A DNA stretch of 64,000 nucleotides from Epiperipatus broadwayi (GCA_028023455.1 JAQFVV010000007.1:17112001-17176000), one strand, 5' to 3'. Positions 1-13,499 are shown, numbered from the stretch's first letter. Numbers and translations: made by a program. Notes: generated from the sequence alone by a model not told the origin.

Positions 1-149
1 GACAATTAAAAAATACTACATAGAGGTCGCTAATACTCTTTATCGAATTAAGCATGTTCAACTACCATCTGCTATAATCAACATGTGAGTTGAGTATCAA
101 ATGCAATACAAAAAAAATAAATATTGATTAATTTGTTTTACTACCGAAT

Positions 150-397
150 AAAATAAAAATGAAAAAGATTAAGATTTTGGATCATATTTTAAGACATGAA
201 AGGTTTTTGCAAAATATTTTGGAAGGCAAAATTTTAGGAAGAAGATTGAGAGTTAGACCCAAAATATCCTATGATTAAAATGTGATCAATGTAATTCAAT
301 GTTTTCATATGCAGATATGAAATGAATTGCTGAAGATAGAATGATGGGGTTGCAATGACAAGTCTTTAGAAGCTGATGATGATGATTATATATTACA
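150..397 (+). mobile_element. LINE 3' end fragment with (TGA)n tail
   Basis: YADMK*IAEDR is followed by GCTGATGATGATGATT. Confidence 0.5.
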
Positions 398-1752
398 TTA
401 AATGTTCACAACAGAAGTGTCTTTTTTACTTGCATATAAAACAAATTAAATTACTTAACTAAAAAAGGGAAGTTCAGTTTGTGAGCTATTCATGCTAATT
501 CATTAGGAATATAGATAGCCAGAGATATTTATTTTAAATTTCAGTGACTATTCTTAAGCTGGAACATAATCTCTTACTTCTGGTCTAGCAGAGTTGTAAT
601 TTCCAGTTGAGGCAGGGATTATTGGTCAGGTGGAATCAAACCACACAAAATAACTTAGCCAAATAATTTTGCCTTATGGTTGGATAGCTTACATTTGAGA
701 GATTAACCATTCTTCTCTGGCATTGTTTGAGTAAATAATATTCTGGATCTACATCCAAAAAGATATCTATTACTTTTTTTCTTTTTTATATAAAGAAATT
801 TATTTCGGAAGTTTACATAAATTATGATACATAGTGTTATTTGAAATCAAGGATCCATGGGTGTACCACTTCATTGCTCTGCTCATACAAGGGACCCACT
901 TCAATGTAGTTGATTAGATTCCGTGGGAGCCCACGTTGTCAGTCATTGTGTTGCTAGACAAATTTATTTAAGACACCTTGGCTATTGGATGATTAAGGAC
1001 AAGATTTTCCGGACCCACCAAGTCACTGTTTTTGTTGTGGGAGTATTTGGGAAGGATTATATGTGCATATGTATGAAGAGATTAGCTGAGTAATTCATTA
1101 CATGAGTATGTTTTCAAAGAAAAAAAACGATGCTTGCAAAAGAGAAGCAAAATAGCCTTAGGGCAGTATAAAGTAACTTTTTTTTTTTATCAGAATTCAT
1201 CACTAGGGAAAGAGTACAGATAAAAACTAGACTAACATGTTGAATTTTTTTTCTTCTTCTGTTTCTTTAAATAAAAATAGTAAGATATCAACTTTCTGAC
1301 CAATAATTAGATGATTGGTTATGTTAGTGTGACTTCCTGAAAAAAAAAATTCTATTGTTGCTTTAACATTCTCAGATATATATATTATAATAAATCCTAA
1401 CAACCTGATGCTGTAATAATATTTATTATTGGGGGGAGAGAAAGTTATTGGAATACACGAGCAAACCTCGACTGTGTCAAACGCTTCATTTTTGCTTGAT
1501 TATATAGATAGAATATCAATAATTCAAATATCTGTTATTCAAAAATTATATTTTCCAAACAAATTTTAGTGATGATTTTTTTAAATTTTTTATAACAAAA
1601 TATTTTAGTTGTCACATTTACAAAAGAAATTAGAGAGAAAAATATTCAGTAACAATCTATAAATTAATATACCTAATTGTAGAAAGTCGTCCCCCCCCCC
1701 TCTCTCTCTCTTAGTAGAGCTTGGCTTTTAAATAGAGGAGGGGGGTTAAAGC

Positions 1753-1865
1753 TCTATTTTTTAAATCCCAAAAAATTCAAAAATCTGAAAGTTTTTGTAA
1801 ACGGGATTTCTATTTTTTAAATTCCAAAAAAATTTAAAAATCTGAAAGGTTTTGGAAATGGAATA
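1753..1865. repeat. 56-bp imperfect tandem duplication
   Basis: TCTATTTTTTAAAT(C/T)CCAAAAAA..AAAAATCTGAAAG occurs twice. Confidence 0.8.
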
Positions 1866-2429
1866 TCGGTAACGTGTTTAACCTATAATGTCTTTTAGTC
1901 AAAAAAATTTTTAATCAATAAATCTTCTCTTGGGAAGATTTTATCATGTACAGTATATAATAAATTTCATTCAGGTTTTTTAAAAAGTTTTTAAAAAGCA
2001 GGTGTTTTTAAAAAGTTGATTTTGTGTCAATTGTCAAAGGTTTATAACTGCATTTTTAAAATCGAAAACTGATTTTAAAATTGATTTTTGAAATGTGTTT
2101 CAATTTCAAAATATTTGTCTACCCTTTAATGCAGTTATTTCTAATAGTTCTTTTAAATAATTTTCTCAAGTTAAACGAAAGAAAAAGATTGGGAGTTGTT
2201 TATGCAGGAAAAAAAAAAAGATTAGAAGTCATTTTGTTATAAAGCAGATGTTTTATTACTATTAACAACCACCAAAATGTATATGCTAAAGATCCCTTTT
2301 CAAGATCTGTGTTCTTATCAATAGGTCTCTCATCTCCACCAGTGCAGAAATACAGACCATCTTTTTCCACTAATGCTTTCATTTTGCAAACAATCTATGT
2401 TCATCAGGTGAGTTATATATATCAAATAT

Positions 2430-3560
2430 TTCAATATCAACATTGTTAACTCAATATTCTTCTACTATATTACCCTCATACAATGTAGAGATTAATTTCA
2501 TCCACTTTTAACATCTTGTGGAAGATTGAATAACATTTCATTATGTGCTTCTCCCGTCTCAATTTCAATATACCACAGTCAAATCTGACCACCAATTTCT
2601 ATTTTTACAGTAAAAAAAGGAAAATATTTTCAATGAAATTATAATTTTATATCATTAATTATCCGCTAAAAGTCTTAGTTACCACTTACCAAACCAGACC
2701 ACCGGCTATTGTTCTCTTATTGCTCTTATTCTCAAAACCTTGACACTATCTCTTTACATTCATAAAACCATTTCCCTCTACTTATTTTCATCATACATCT
2801 GCAATCACTTCCAATATCATTTTCTTTATAAATTCTTCAAAAAAATAATCATTTTCCCGTTGATTTTTTAAACACTTCCACATTAGTAGTTCCAACTTAT
2901 CTTTTTTAATCTTCTCCAAATTCGTATTCCCCCCTTCCTTTTTTTCCTGCTTTATATTAATCATATAGATTAACAGCTTTTTAAAGATCTTATTTCAATA
3001 AGAGAATATTCTGTGGATTTGTAAAAGGTTTAAAAGGGTAAGCAAAGCATTGGACAGTAAGTTATTGAGAAGGTTAGTAATTTTAAATATTTGGGGAGTT
3101 GATTTATTGATAACAGAAGCAGTGGTTTTCACTAGCTTTTTCCAAGACTTGTATTTATCTTTATGGTGGTATTTATACAGAAGGGGCAAAAATGAAAGAA
3201 TTAAAAGATATGGATTTAGAGAAGAGCAACAAAGATAAGTTAGAAAGATGCCCATTTTGTGAAGAGTAGAAATAAATGATTTTTGGCCTTCAGCAATTAT
3301 TAATGTTTTTTATCACCATTTTTATCATCAGTAAATCGGCTATCCAAATATTTAAAATCACAAATCTTATCTATTGTCTAATATTTTGCTTAATCTCTTG
3401 AACTTATTTTTCACTGCTTATTTATATTTGTTTTAGTTTTATTTGCACTTATTTTCAGCCTCAATTTGCAACAAACTCTGTTGATCCCATTTAACATCAT
3501 ATTATGTTCACCAGTGCATACAGTAAACTTTTATTCCTAATGCTATTTTTTCCTTATCAA
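2430..3560 (-). mobile_element. Old LINE RT/C-terminal fragment
   Basis: Degenerate motifs DFKYLDS and KLVK. The purine/pyrimidine skew is typical of a minus-strand LINE. Confidence 0.55.
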
Positions 3561-4839
3561 AACATTTATCTAACAACTCTTCTAAATATTAAATACATCT
3601 AATTCTGTTTTTACACAATTGGTTCCTGAAAATTATGTGTAAAAAAAAAAATCATGTAAAAAATATGCTATATATATGGAAAATTAGAAGATTGGTTTTA
3701 GACTTAAGAAATCAATGAAAATAATGAAATAAACTATATGAAAAATCAGTGCAATCAAGCTCAAAAGTGGTTTTTAATTATACTGTTTCAGGGCCATAAT
3801 TTATTTATTTTTTTCCAATTTATTTTAATGAATATGTGATAGTTGTTAAGTTTTAAAAAAAGAATATATCGATTATAAACTCCATTTGAAAAGTTTAATT
3901 TCAATTTTTTAATATTATAACATCTAAATGCTAACACACTAGAATCATTTTCATAGTTTGTTTGCATTTTTCTTTTTGTCACAATCATCTTAACAAAATA
4001 TTGAAAATTTGGGTTTTTCCTTTAACGGAATAGCATGCAGTGGAGTATTTCCAAAGATATGGAATCCTATCTTTCCAAAGACAGTGTTAATAGCTATGAT
4101 ATAATAGTTTGTCTGAAAACATGTCCCCAATAGTTATGCAATGACTAAACTTGTTTCAATAGAATATCTCTTGGAAAGGAATATGGTTCAAGGGCTCCAA
4201 AATTCCATTATTAAGAACTAGAGTGATGTCTTTTTTAAAAAATAACAATATAAAACTGGAAATATTAAATACAATCATTTCTTTTCAGCTATTTTGCCTT
4301 AAAGATTTATTTTATGCCCCTGAAATTGTATAATTAAAAAAAATGCTTCCAAGGTTGGTTAACCAACCAAAGTACTGAAAAATTTTGTTAGAATCTTGTT
4401 TTTTTTTTTTTGCATGATATCAAATTTTATTTTAAAAACATAGCACATAACTAATAACCAATTATAAGAACATAAATTTTATTTCAAAACCAAAAATATA
4501 TATAAAAATTAATGAACATAATAATTGGGCAGAATATGTAATCTCAGTTATATATGGAGATTTTTTTCGCTGTCACTTTCTGACAATAAATGCATGTTTT
4601 GACAAATTAATAAATCGAATCTTACTTTAATTTTTTTAAAACAAAACATCAAAAACTTTAAAATGCAGTCAGGCAAATTTCTCTGTTCGCAGAAATATTG
4701 CCAAAAAAGGAAATTTTTTGAATAATGGGAAATAAAAAGATGAAAATATATTTTTTTTAATCAAATGAGATGATAGTAACACACACAAATTATTTTTCTT
4801 AGTTCATGTAAAAAAATTATTTAAAAAAAAAATCATGTT

Positions 4840-5480
4840 AAATCAAAATTGTTTAAAAAAAGTTTATGTAAAAACAGAATTAGACGTACTTGATAAACAA
4901 CAGTCCTGTCTTACTCCTCATTATTTCTTCTTACAAATGTCATGTTTATATGCTTCCTATCTTTCCAATGATTCTTTTCTTTTTTTTACTAATAATACTA
5001 TTTTTGATCCTGCTTTTCCCATCCAAATTAGTTTATTCATTATAAATTAAATCAAACCTATATTTTCTTTATAATTCCTTTAGTTCTCATTCAAGCTATT
5101 TTTTCTTGGACTTTGATAAACTTTCTTTATATATTCTTTCACCTTTTCTATTCCTTTATTCATCATCTCATTATCAATTCAAAGCCTTTATATTCTTTTA
5201 TTCTTTCCTGCAGCATGTTTTATTTATCTTTAATAATATCTATTTTTTATTTCAATTTAGTTTACCAATTAGACTATTAAGACTTAAACTTATAACTGAA
5301 GATTTTTCTCCAACATTTTTTAATTTAGCAATTATCAGTCTTTTTTTTCTTCTTCCTTTTACTCTTTTATAAGATAATTTCAATTCTATCAATAATAACT
5401 TGTAATAAAATCGGTATCATATCCAAGATATGCATATTTACTTTCAATACTGTTTTATTTTTTTAAAAGTGTATTATGTA
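4840..5480 (-). mobile_element. Old LINE RT fragment
   Basis: A GVRQDC (GVRQGC-like) motif at about 4900 lies in a strand-skewed tract. Confidence 0.45.
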
Positions 5481-5741
5481 TGATGGTTGCATCTGACCTA
5501 TTTTTCAGATTTATTTACATCTTATCTGAGGGTCTTTAATCTATTTATTCCATATTTTGAATTTCTTAGTTATTTTTTAATAATAAGAATCTCGGATTGC
5601 CTTGATTAACATATATGTGTTGAAGTAGACTAATATACACCATCTTATGATCACCATTTTTTATGCTTGCTCATAACTGTTATTAAAACAGGCAAAACTC
5701 TCCATACAGTAATGCCACTCAGTGCAAGCCGGAGTAACCAA

Positions 5742-5928
5742 TGGATACAAGAAGGCTTGTGCATAAAATCCTTATATAGTGCCTACTCATCCAATATCCC
5801 CAGACTAGTGCAGTGCTCTCAGATCCAAGGCTCCTCACTGATGAATGCCACAAGCCAGAAACTAGTCTGGGAAAATTGGCTGAATAGGCACTAGATAGGG
5901 ATTTTATGCACAAGCCTTCTGGAATCCA
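5742..5928. repeat. Small MITE-like inverted repeat (about 75-bp arms)
   Basis: GAAGGCTTGTGCATAAAATCC..TAGTGCCTA..CCCAGACTAGT pairs with ACTAGTCTGGG..TAGGCACTA..GGATTTTATGCACAAGCCTTC. Confidence 0.85.
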
Positions 5929-6751
5929 GTGTTTACTAATACATATTGGGTAATAGTAGCATTAAATAGTCATGTGCTTTAACACCAAATTGATCGTTAT
6001 AGTTTCTGTAGACAATTTACCACTTTTCTCATACAATATGGCAGATATAATGTTGACTAAGGATGACATTTCTTCAAATTAATTTACTCATCCCATTAAT
6101 AAACTATGATTGAAAGCTATGTCAGCCTTGGGATATGCGTAAAAATATTTTTAATACTTTTTCAAACCTGTTTGGAGTTAGAACATAATCTACTTGATTC
6201 TACATAATCTATTTGATTCTACCACTTGGAGTTTTTCAGGTGTAAATTCTATTATGATTACTTAATTATGTAATACTATCAGTTAGTTCTTCTGCAAAAT
6301 TTTAGCCATCTTCCACCTCTATCATTCTTACTCCAATTTATACATTTTAATACAATTTTATCATCTCTTTTCTGTTTGAAATTATTTGTAAAATCAAATA
6401 GTCATTATTAGGATTAGATATCACATATATTCTTATAAAATCTGAGCTGCTTTCAGACTATTTAAAACAATTTATAAGATCTGTCTCAAATTCATTATAG
6501 AATTTTTGAAAGTTGGGCATGTTAACTGTGATTGACAAGTTTCTTAATAGCTTTGACTTTTCTAGATTTATATCTTATATCTAATTCTTATTAGTCTTGG
6601 CAATACTATTTTTCATCAAGCAAGATATAATTCATTTCTTTTAGAGCTTCAATTAAATACTGTGTTTGTTTAATTTGTTGGTTGAAACTAGAACAAAATA
6701 TTTGAAAATATTTCTAAATCATAACCTGAAAAGACAAATTTATCATAATGA

Positions 6752-6961
6752 TTTGAACTCAGACTTTCACACGACCCTCAACTATCCACTCTATATCATT
6801 CTACTGACACACTTGATCACACACATGTTGAAAAGATAAAGGTTTTGCACAAAATACATATATTGGTGATTATTTGTCTTTTCAACATGTGGGTGATCAA
6901 GTGTGCCAGAAGTATGAGATAGCATGGACAGTTGAGGGTCATGTGAAAGTCTGAATTCAAA
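6752..6961. repeat. Short foldback derivative of the same family (about 90-bp arms)
   Basis: TTTGAACTCAGACTTTCAC..ACACTTGATCAC..CATGTTGAAAAGA pairs with TCTTTTCAACATG..GTGATCAAGTGT..GTGAAAGTCTGAATTCAAA. Confidence 0.85.
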
Positions 6962-7093
6962 CCCCTATAAATTACATATTGGAGTGCAGGTATGAAAAAG
7001 TCTATACTATAGAAAGAAAAATATTCATAACAATTTGAGGAAGAGTTTAGACAAACATAATATTTGAATACAAGTTTATTGCATATACTGAAG

Positions 7094-7647
7094 ACAGACT
7101 TTCAAGATCTCTTCAGCTATATCCTCCATCCTTTACAATCAATACACATGGCCACATACATGTGAAAAACATAAATGATCCCCAACATATATATTTCATG
7201 CTGAACAAGCACTCCAGTTGGTCCACATCACCATCTCCAGTACATATATAAAATCAGTGCTCAGTTTATATTAAGATAGCAAATATTCAAACTTTAATGG
7301 ACAGGCTTCAACCTTCTCCACCCTCCTACTCTTCAGCCATCCATGTCATTGAAAATCTGATGATGGAATGCTTAAAGCCCATATTGATGCCAATTTTATT
7401 GTTGTCTTGAGAATGACTAAAGAATCAGAAGATTGAAGGCTATTGATTAAAGTGTGAAGATTTTTTATTTTAACATCAACTGAGCACTGATTATATGTGT
7501 GTGGGAGATAATCTGGATCAACTGATGAGTGCTAGACCAACATGAAATACATATACTGGAGATTTATTTTATATATGAGTGTTTGTGGATAATGGTTATA
7601 TAAGATGAAGTGGATAGCTGAAGGGAGCTTGAAAGACTATGTTCAAA
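7094..7647. repeat. Foldback/MITE of the same family as 55103-55870 (asymmetric internal deletion)
   Basis: Homologous arms GACTTTCAAG..TTCAGCTAT / ATAGCTGAA..CTTGAAAGAC and AATCAGTGCTCAGTT / AACTGAGCACTGATT. The block CAAACTTTAATGGACAGG is shared with the 55-kb copy. Confidence 0.85.
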
Positions 7648-8399
7648 TCGCCTGTAATTACAAATATTTATACTTCACTAATGAGTCTTAATACCAATTG
7701 TTTTGACCTTAACAATATCCATTTATTTACTTAGATAATATACTTTATTCTTTTATTTTATTGAGTATATTTCTAAATCTATGCAAAATTACTGTCAAAA
7801 CAAGTAATATTATGCATCAAAGATTTATTAAAGTATGCATTGTAATTTTGCATATTAAGAATTGGAATAAATTATGGGTTGGCAATTTGTAACAAAATAT
7901 CACTGAAGATGATTGAGTCTTAGTTTTACTCAAGCTTCCTCAACTTGCTTTCAGGAAAATTTAATATATTTTACGGTTAGATAGTAATCAATTTTGGGGG
8001 ATTATACAAATGACACTTTTAGTTATTCATAAAATTTTCATTTTCATAGAAAGCATTTATGGCTGCTTTCTCCCGTGCAGTATGAAATGATGATTACTAT
8101 TGACTAAATGTCCAACCATCTCTAACATCCCAAAATAAAAAGTACCCCAAAACTGTATTCACTAATTATGTGCTCATAATAAAGAATTCAATATATCACC
8201 TCATGTAGTATATTGGAAGCACAATGAAATAAATACCTAAAAATCTCTGGATTGAAACTCTATTTCTTTAATATCTAACATCCATTGACCTCTATGAAAT
8301 AAGCCACATGATTCTATTAATTATGTATCTTACGATTTGTATTTGAAGAATGTTTAGGTCTTGACAATAACAGAAAAACAACAAAATGTTTGATTATTC

Positions 8400-9010
8400 C
8401 CATAAAATAATTTATAATACCTTACTATCCTCTTAACATATTATTTTTTTAAACAATTAAATCACAAGCTACATCACCAAATCATGAAGACACATCAGTA
8501 AATTAAAACGATTAGTAACTTTTAGAAAAAGAGATGGATTAAACTTCTTTTTTTTTTTTCTAAGTTTTGGATGGTGATTTTGATAGCAATAACAATGTTA
8601 AGAAGAAATATGCCTATGCATTTGAAAAGAAAGATTTCCATTTTACCAGTTCATGCTTATAAATCTGAGACTTGAATACATAATAGAAAAGCAATACAGA
8701 AGGCCATACAATAAAATATGGAAAGATCAAAAGTAAAATATATGGGCAAAAGAACAAACAAATCACTGGAATCACTAAAAGAGTTAAGAAACTGAAATAA
8801 ATCAAGTTAGATATATTTCTGGAAAGGATAATTAATAGATGGATAGTTGGATGTTTTAAATTGGATCCTAAGAATTTTAAAAAATCTAGAAAAAGACGAT
8901 CTATGAGGTGGATGGATGAAATACAAAGATTCATTGGTATTATTGTGGATAAGCTAAGGATTGGAGTAACTAGATTAAACATGAAAAAAACCATCCTGCA
9001 GTAGTTTGAT
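8400..9010 (+). mobile_element. Old RTE-like LINE 3' fragment
   Basis: The plus-strand reading ERIINRW...KSRKRRSMRWMDEIQRFIG resembles the RTE C-terminal R.RGR...RW.DEI motif. Confidence 0.55.
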
Positions 9011-9549
9011 ATTTGAAAATAATGATGATGATGTAAAAAAACCCTATCACATTCATTGATTAAACTCTTATATTTAAACTTCATAACAAATATAATCTTC
9101 AGAGTTGTGCATTTGTCAAATTGGAAGTCCAATTTTTATTAAAATGTAATGAGATGTGTTGTTGATTATAGATCTAGATGTGGCAATGGGGGCGAGGAAG
9201 ATGGGTATTTATGGTGCTGTATAATGGTTTCAGAGCAAGTTTGAGCACCGGAAATAGAACAAGGTCACAATCCAGTTTTTTAATTTCAAACTCTAACATT
9301 GCAGAAAATAATGTATGACAAAAGAATGTTTAACTTGACTGGACAGATGGTCTATGCACATAACCTTCTGAATTCTTCTAAGAAAAAGTCATTTCATATA
9401 TCATGCTTTTTTTTTTTTATATTGACCCATTTATTTTTAGTTCGAGTTAAAACTTTCGAACAAGCTAACGTTTTCCCTTTCACGTTTTTCTTTTTACTGT
9501 TTATTTAAATAGCTTTTTTGCTCTTCCTATTTTATGTTTTGATTTATAA

Positions 9550-10700
9550 AATTCATTTTATTTAAAAACTATTTTAATTCATTGACTGCATTTTTCGTTT
9601 AACTTCTCCTTGGATGGACTTTTTTCTTAGCGTTCCATAAAAGTGTACAATAAACTTAGGAGTCAAGCGTTGGTAGCCGAGAAGTCAGCGCAGCTGCCTT
9701 GCAACTTGCAGGCAGTTGTTGCGGGTTCGCTTCCCGGCCGATGCTTTGACATATGGAAAAAAAATAAACTTAAAGGAGTCCAGCAATACCAATCACTGAC
9801 GACGATCAAATGTTACCACTTCCTATGCCAATTGCTTTATATGCTGTTAATAGAGGATTTAACATACATTGTGATTAGAAAAATACTTCCACTTTATATA
9901 GGAATAATTAATTTTATTCATGCTAATAAATCAAACTAATATCTTAATCTTTTATTTAAAAGAAAGTTATACAATAATTACGTGTTTTAAAATTATAAAA
10001 GCTTATTAATGTACATAATGTTAGAATAAATTGTGTAATAAAATAAAAATAACGATGGCAATGGTAATAAACTGGCTTTATATAGTTCAAGCGGCAGAAC
10101 TGCGTTGGGGAGGGGGGTATCCGTGGATTTTAAGCTTCAAAATCTGTTACTCTACCTCTGCACAAAACAACGAAAGACTTTATCGATGATGATCAAGGGT
10201 CCTTAATTAGCCATAATACTCCGTAGTCTAATTACTCTGCCCGCCTTCTGGCAGAAAACTTACCTACGTCTTCTGTTTTCTTTGGTAGATATTAAAGATA
10301 AGGACACTTTTAGTTTAAAAACTTATATACAATCTGCTCGCAGCATTAGAAATAGTTATTAGATGAGAATAAAAAAATCGTCATTTAGAGTAACCTTTTA
10401 AATTTTGCGTGATTCACCTACCTAATCTTCAATAGTAGGCGTCTTTACAAGAATTAAACATTTTCTCAGTCGTGTTTCGATTTATGTGTACTTATGAAGT
10501 TATTAATTTTACTTTATACGACAAAAAAATAAAACTGTATTAACTGCTATATTCAATACAGGAATTGCGCATAATTATTGTTTTACGATATAAAACTCAA
10601 CTATAATTTTAATATTCAACCTAATGTGAAATTGTCAAAAATTTGATCAAAGAATACATTTTTGTTGTTTCGTATCAAAAATATATACATAAACATTTTT
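9550..10700 (-). promoter_or_regulatory. CpG-retaining island with a probable first exon and donor site of a second, unidentified minus-strand gene
   Basis: Many CpGs survive here against a CpG-depleted background. A perfect AG|GTAAGT donor lies on the minus strand (exon end 10264). I could not identify downstream coding exons. Confidence 0.4.
9665..9762 (+). mobile_element. tRNA-derived retroposed copy (short SINE or tRNA retropseudogene)
   Basis: The cloverleaf-like region 9667-9744 has an acceptor stem GCGTTGG/CCGATGC, an A-box-like TAGCCGAGAAGT, an anticodon stem CTGCC/GGCAG with an enlarged loop, and a B-box-like GGTTCGCTTCC. It is followed by a short A-tract. The flanking direct repeat is AATAAACTTA(AA)GGAGTC (9649-9664 and 9763-9780). 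Confidence 0.7.
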
Positions 10701-10779
10701 AATCCCATAAATTTTAATTCTTTATATATATACACACACAGTAATTAGATCTAATATATGGACTTTTATCATGAAAAAT

Positions 10780-12630
10780 AAAATTAGGAATAGATTCGAA
10801 GGAAGCTTTTGAGATGTGAACATGGAGAATAATAGAAAAAATTGTTTTTTTTTTAAAAATATTTTTATTTTATAGTGTTACAAATGAATTTCTTAGACAA
10901 CAAAAAAAATCTAGTATAAATTTACATTTTTAATAATAATTTCCTAAGTGTTTTTATGAATTTCTTGTACTAAAAACCAGTCCATGTGGATAGGTAATTT
11001 CTTTGGGTGCAAGAAATCTTTTTTTCGAATAGAATTAAATGTATCTCTAATAAAAAGTTGTGAGTCCAATGGAGAATTGGTTATAACTATATGACATCTA
11101 AGTAACCATATTACTTGGTTAATAAATATACATCTGATATTGCAGAAATTACCCATTTTAATATTATGAATCATATCAAAGAGTTCTGGATTGTGATTAT
11201 TGAAATAATTTTGAATTATATATTTTGCTTTTCTTAGTTCCGAGCAAGAAACAAGAATATGATCAAATATTTCACTATCTTTTTGGATTAGTTGAAGAAA
11301 TTAGAAGAAAATATAGTTTAATATGCCTTCCTTTGAATTTCTCGATTATATTACAATAATCCGAGGATTATATTGGGCCTTGAATGTGTTAAATTTGTTG
11401 TAGCTTTGCTAGAATGAACTGTAATATTTATGCGTTTTTCAATAATGGTTTCATATGCTCAATGGGTGGCCGATGAGTCTCCCAATGACTGGGATTATCG
11501 CCAGTCTTATGATGAATGCCTATGAACAGATTGTTTTGCCTAGATACATGAATGGATTAGTAATGTACGCCAGATATGTGGATATTTTTATTGCCGCTCC
11601 GGAGGAAATAATGGAGGATATTAAAACTGACCTCACTACAGCATCAGGCCTTACTATAAATGTTAGTCATGCAGAAGCACCAAACAGCATTAAATATTTG
11701 GACCTACAAGTAATGATGGAAGCAGACTATTTTATTATAAAATGAACATTAAGCCCTTTCATATTAGAGGCCATATACATCATTCATCAAATACACCAGA
11801 CATACATAAATTTGCTGGCCTAAAATCATTTTTACATAGAAATGACTGTTTGTGTAGTTTTGAAAATGACAAAAGAAACAACGTTGAAATTTACAGAAAT
11901 GAACTCATTAAGCCCAATATACTCCTCGGATTATTGATAATATAATCGAGAAATTCAAAGGAAGGTATAATCAGACTGTTAAGCAAGATAAACCTCGGAT
12001 TTTGTTCCCATATATCTGAAATATTTACAATAAAATGTGTACGATCTTTCGTTCGGAGTTTTGTGTATGTTTTGGGTCGCCCCCTAATTTGAATAGATGT
12101 TTAAATAACCCTAAAGATTACATTCCTTCGATTCAAGCACAGAAGGCAGTCTACAAAATTGCATGTAGAGAAAACAACTGTCAGCTGCATATTATGGAGA
12201 AACGAAAGCATCCATTCATGTTAGATTGTCCCAACATGTATATTCATATAATAGAGCTTTAACTGATCCATCCCACCCATCAATTTTTGTACAACATGCA
12301 ATTGCTGCGGGTCATGCGTGCAGACCATATGAACTTAAAGTATTATGTAGGGAGCGAAGTGAATTGAGAAGGAAAATTAAAGAGGTGTTTTTTATCATTT
12401 CGGATATGCATTACACTTTATCAAAGAAATGGCGTGCTGAGGCGCTTTGGGCCTTGTTTGCATATTCACCTAATTCATTTCGAATATTTTGCATATCAGT
12501 ATATTGTTGGAGATTATAAGAAATTTTGTAGTCCTTGATAATGAAGGGTAAGCCTTCGAAAACGTTCGGAGAAATAATTTGTTGATATTTATCTCTATAG
12601 TTATCTATTTTAGATAAACAAGTGACGACC
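10780..12630 (+). mobile_element. Penelope-like retroelement remnant (RT + GIY-YIG endonuclease) with an inverted 5' segment
   Basis: RT-like GLPMT..ASL.M..YE..., YARYVDIFI and YLDLQV segments are followed by GIY-YIG-like AVYKIAC and QHAIAAGH...KVL..E...RKIKE. About 50 bp at 11328-11378 is the inverted copy of 11924-11972. Boundaries are approximate. Confidence 0.85.
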
Positions 12631-13499
12631 TCTTTTAAAGAAATTGAAATAAATGTAAAACTTCATCTTTATTTGTAGTATTTATTAGCTACGTTTTGGC
12701 CTAATTTGTTATGAAATTGTCTTAATTTTTTCATGTTATATATACTTCATAAAAATAAAACTTACTTTCAACAAATTAAAAAACTGCAGTACTAAAACTA
12801 GTATAACCAATCTATGCAAAATTCTTCATAAACATAAAAATAACTTGAAACTAAAAAACCCATAAGAAAACATTCGTGGGACCATATTCAAATGCGATTA
12901 GTCTTTTTTCTTATTAGTATTTATCCTCTATAAGAAATGCTTGCAGAAAGCAATGTTTGCTCTTCTATATCTTATTACTATGAAAATAATAGCCTCTTTA
13001 TTCCTGTTTCCATAACGCGTAATATAACTCGTTTGCAATCACTAATCTGGTATGGTCAGTGTAATTACAATTTCTAGCTTTAAAAACAATACTTTCAACT
13101 ATACCGAGAGAATTGGAATTCAGAATTCACACAAAAATTTATAACTATGTTTTAATTTTGAATTTTTACCATTTTAGTTACCCAAATACTTGCAGCAAAA
13201 ATAATTAATAATATTACATATAGTTTAACTTAAATAAATTTTCTTTAATGGGTAATTTCCAGCGAAAACACGACTGCTTCTCTCCCCAACCCACCTGCAA
13301 ACATTTTAGGTACTGACATGTCTGGTCACAAGTTATGACATGAAGTGTGATCATGTGTTTTACATCCTCTAAGATTGTCTTCAATGTTCTCCTTGCTATC
13401 ATGAAATCTTGCAAACCATTTAAAAACATTTTTTCAATTCATGACTTCACTGCCATAGTTTGGGTCATTTCAGTAGTTTTACTCAATTTAAGGCCAAAG

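Noticed and set aside
2200-2382. ORF MKALVEKDGLYFCTGG... as a possible exon of the second gene
   Set aside because: It has no polypyrimidine acceptor and no recognisable family. VEKDGLYF may be a mariner C-terminal remnant.
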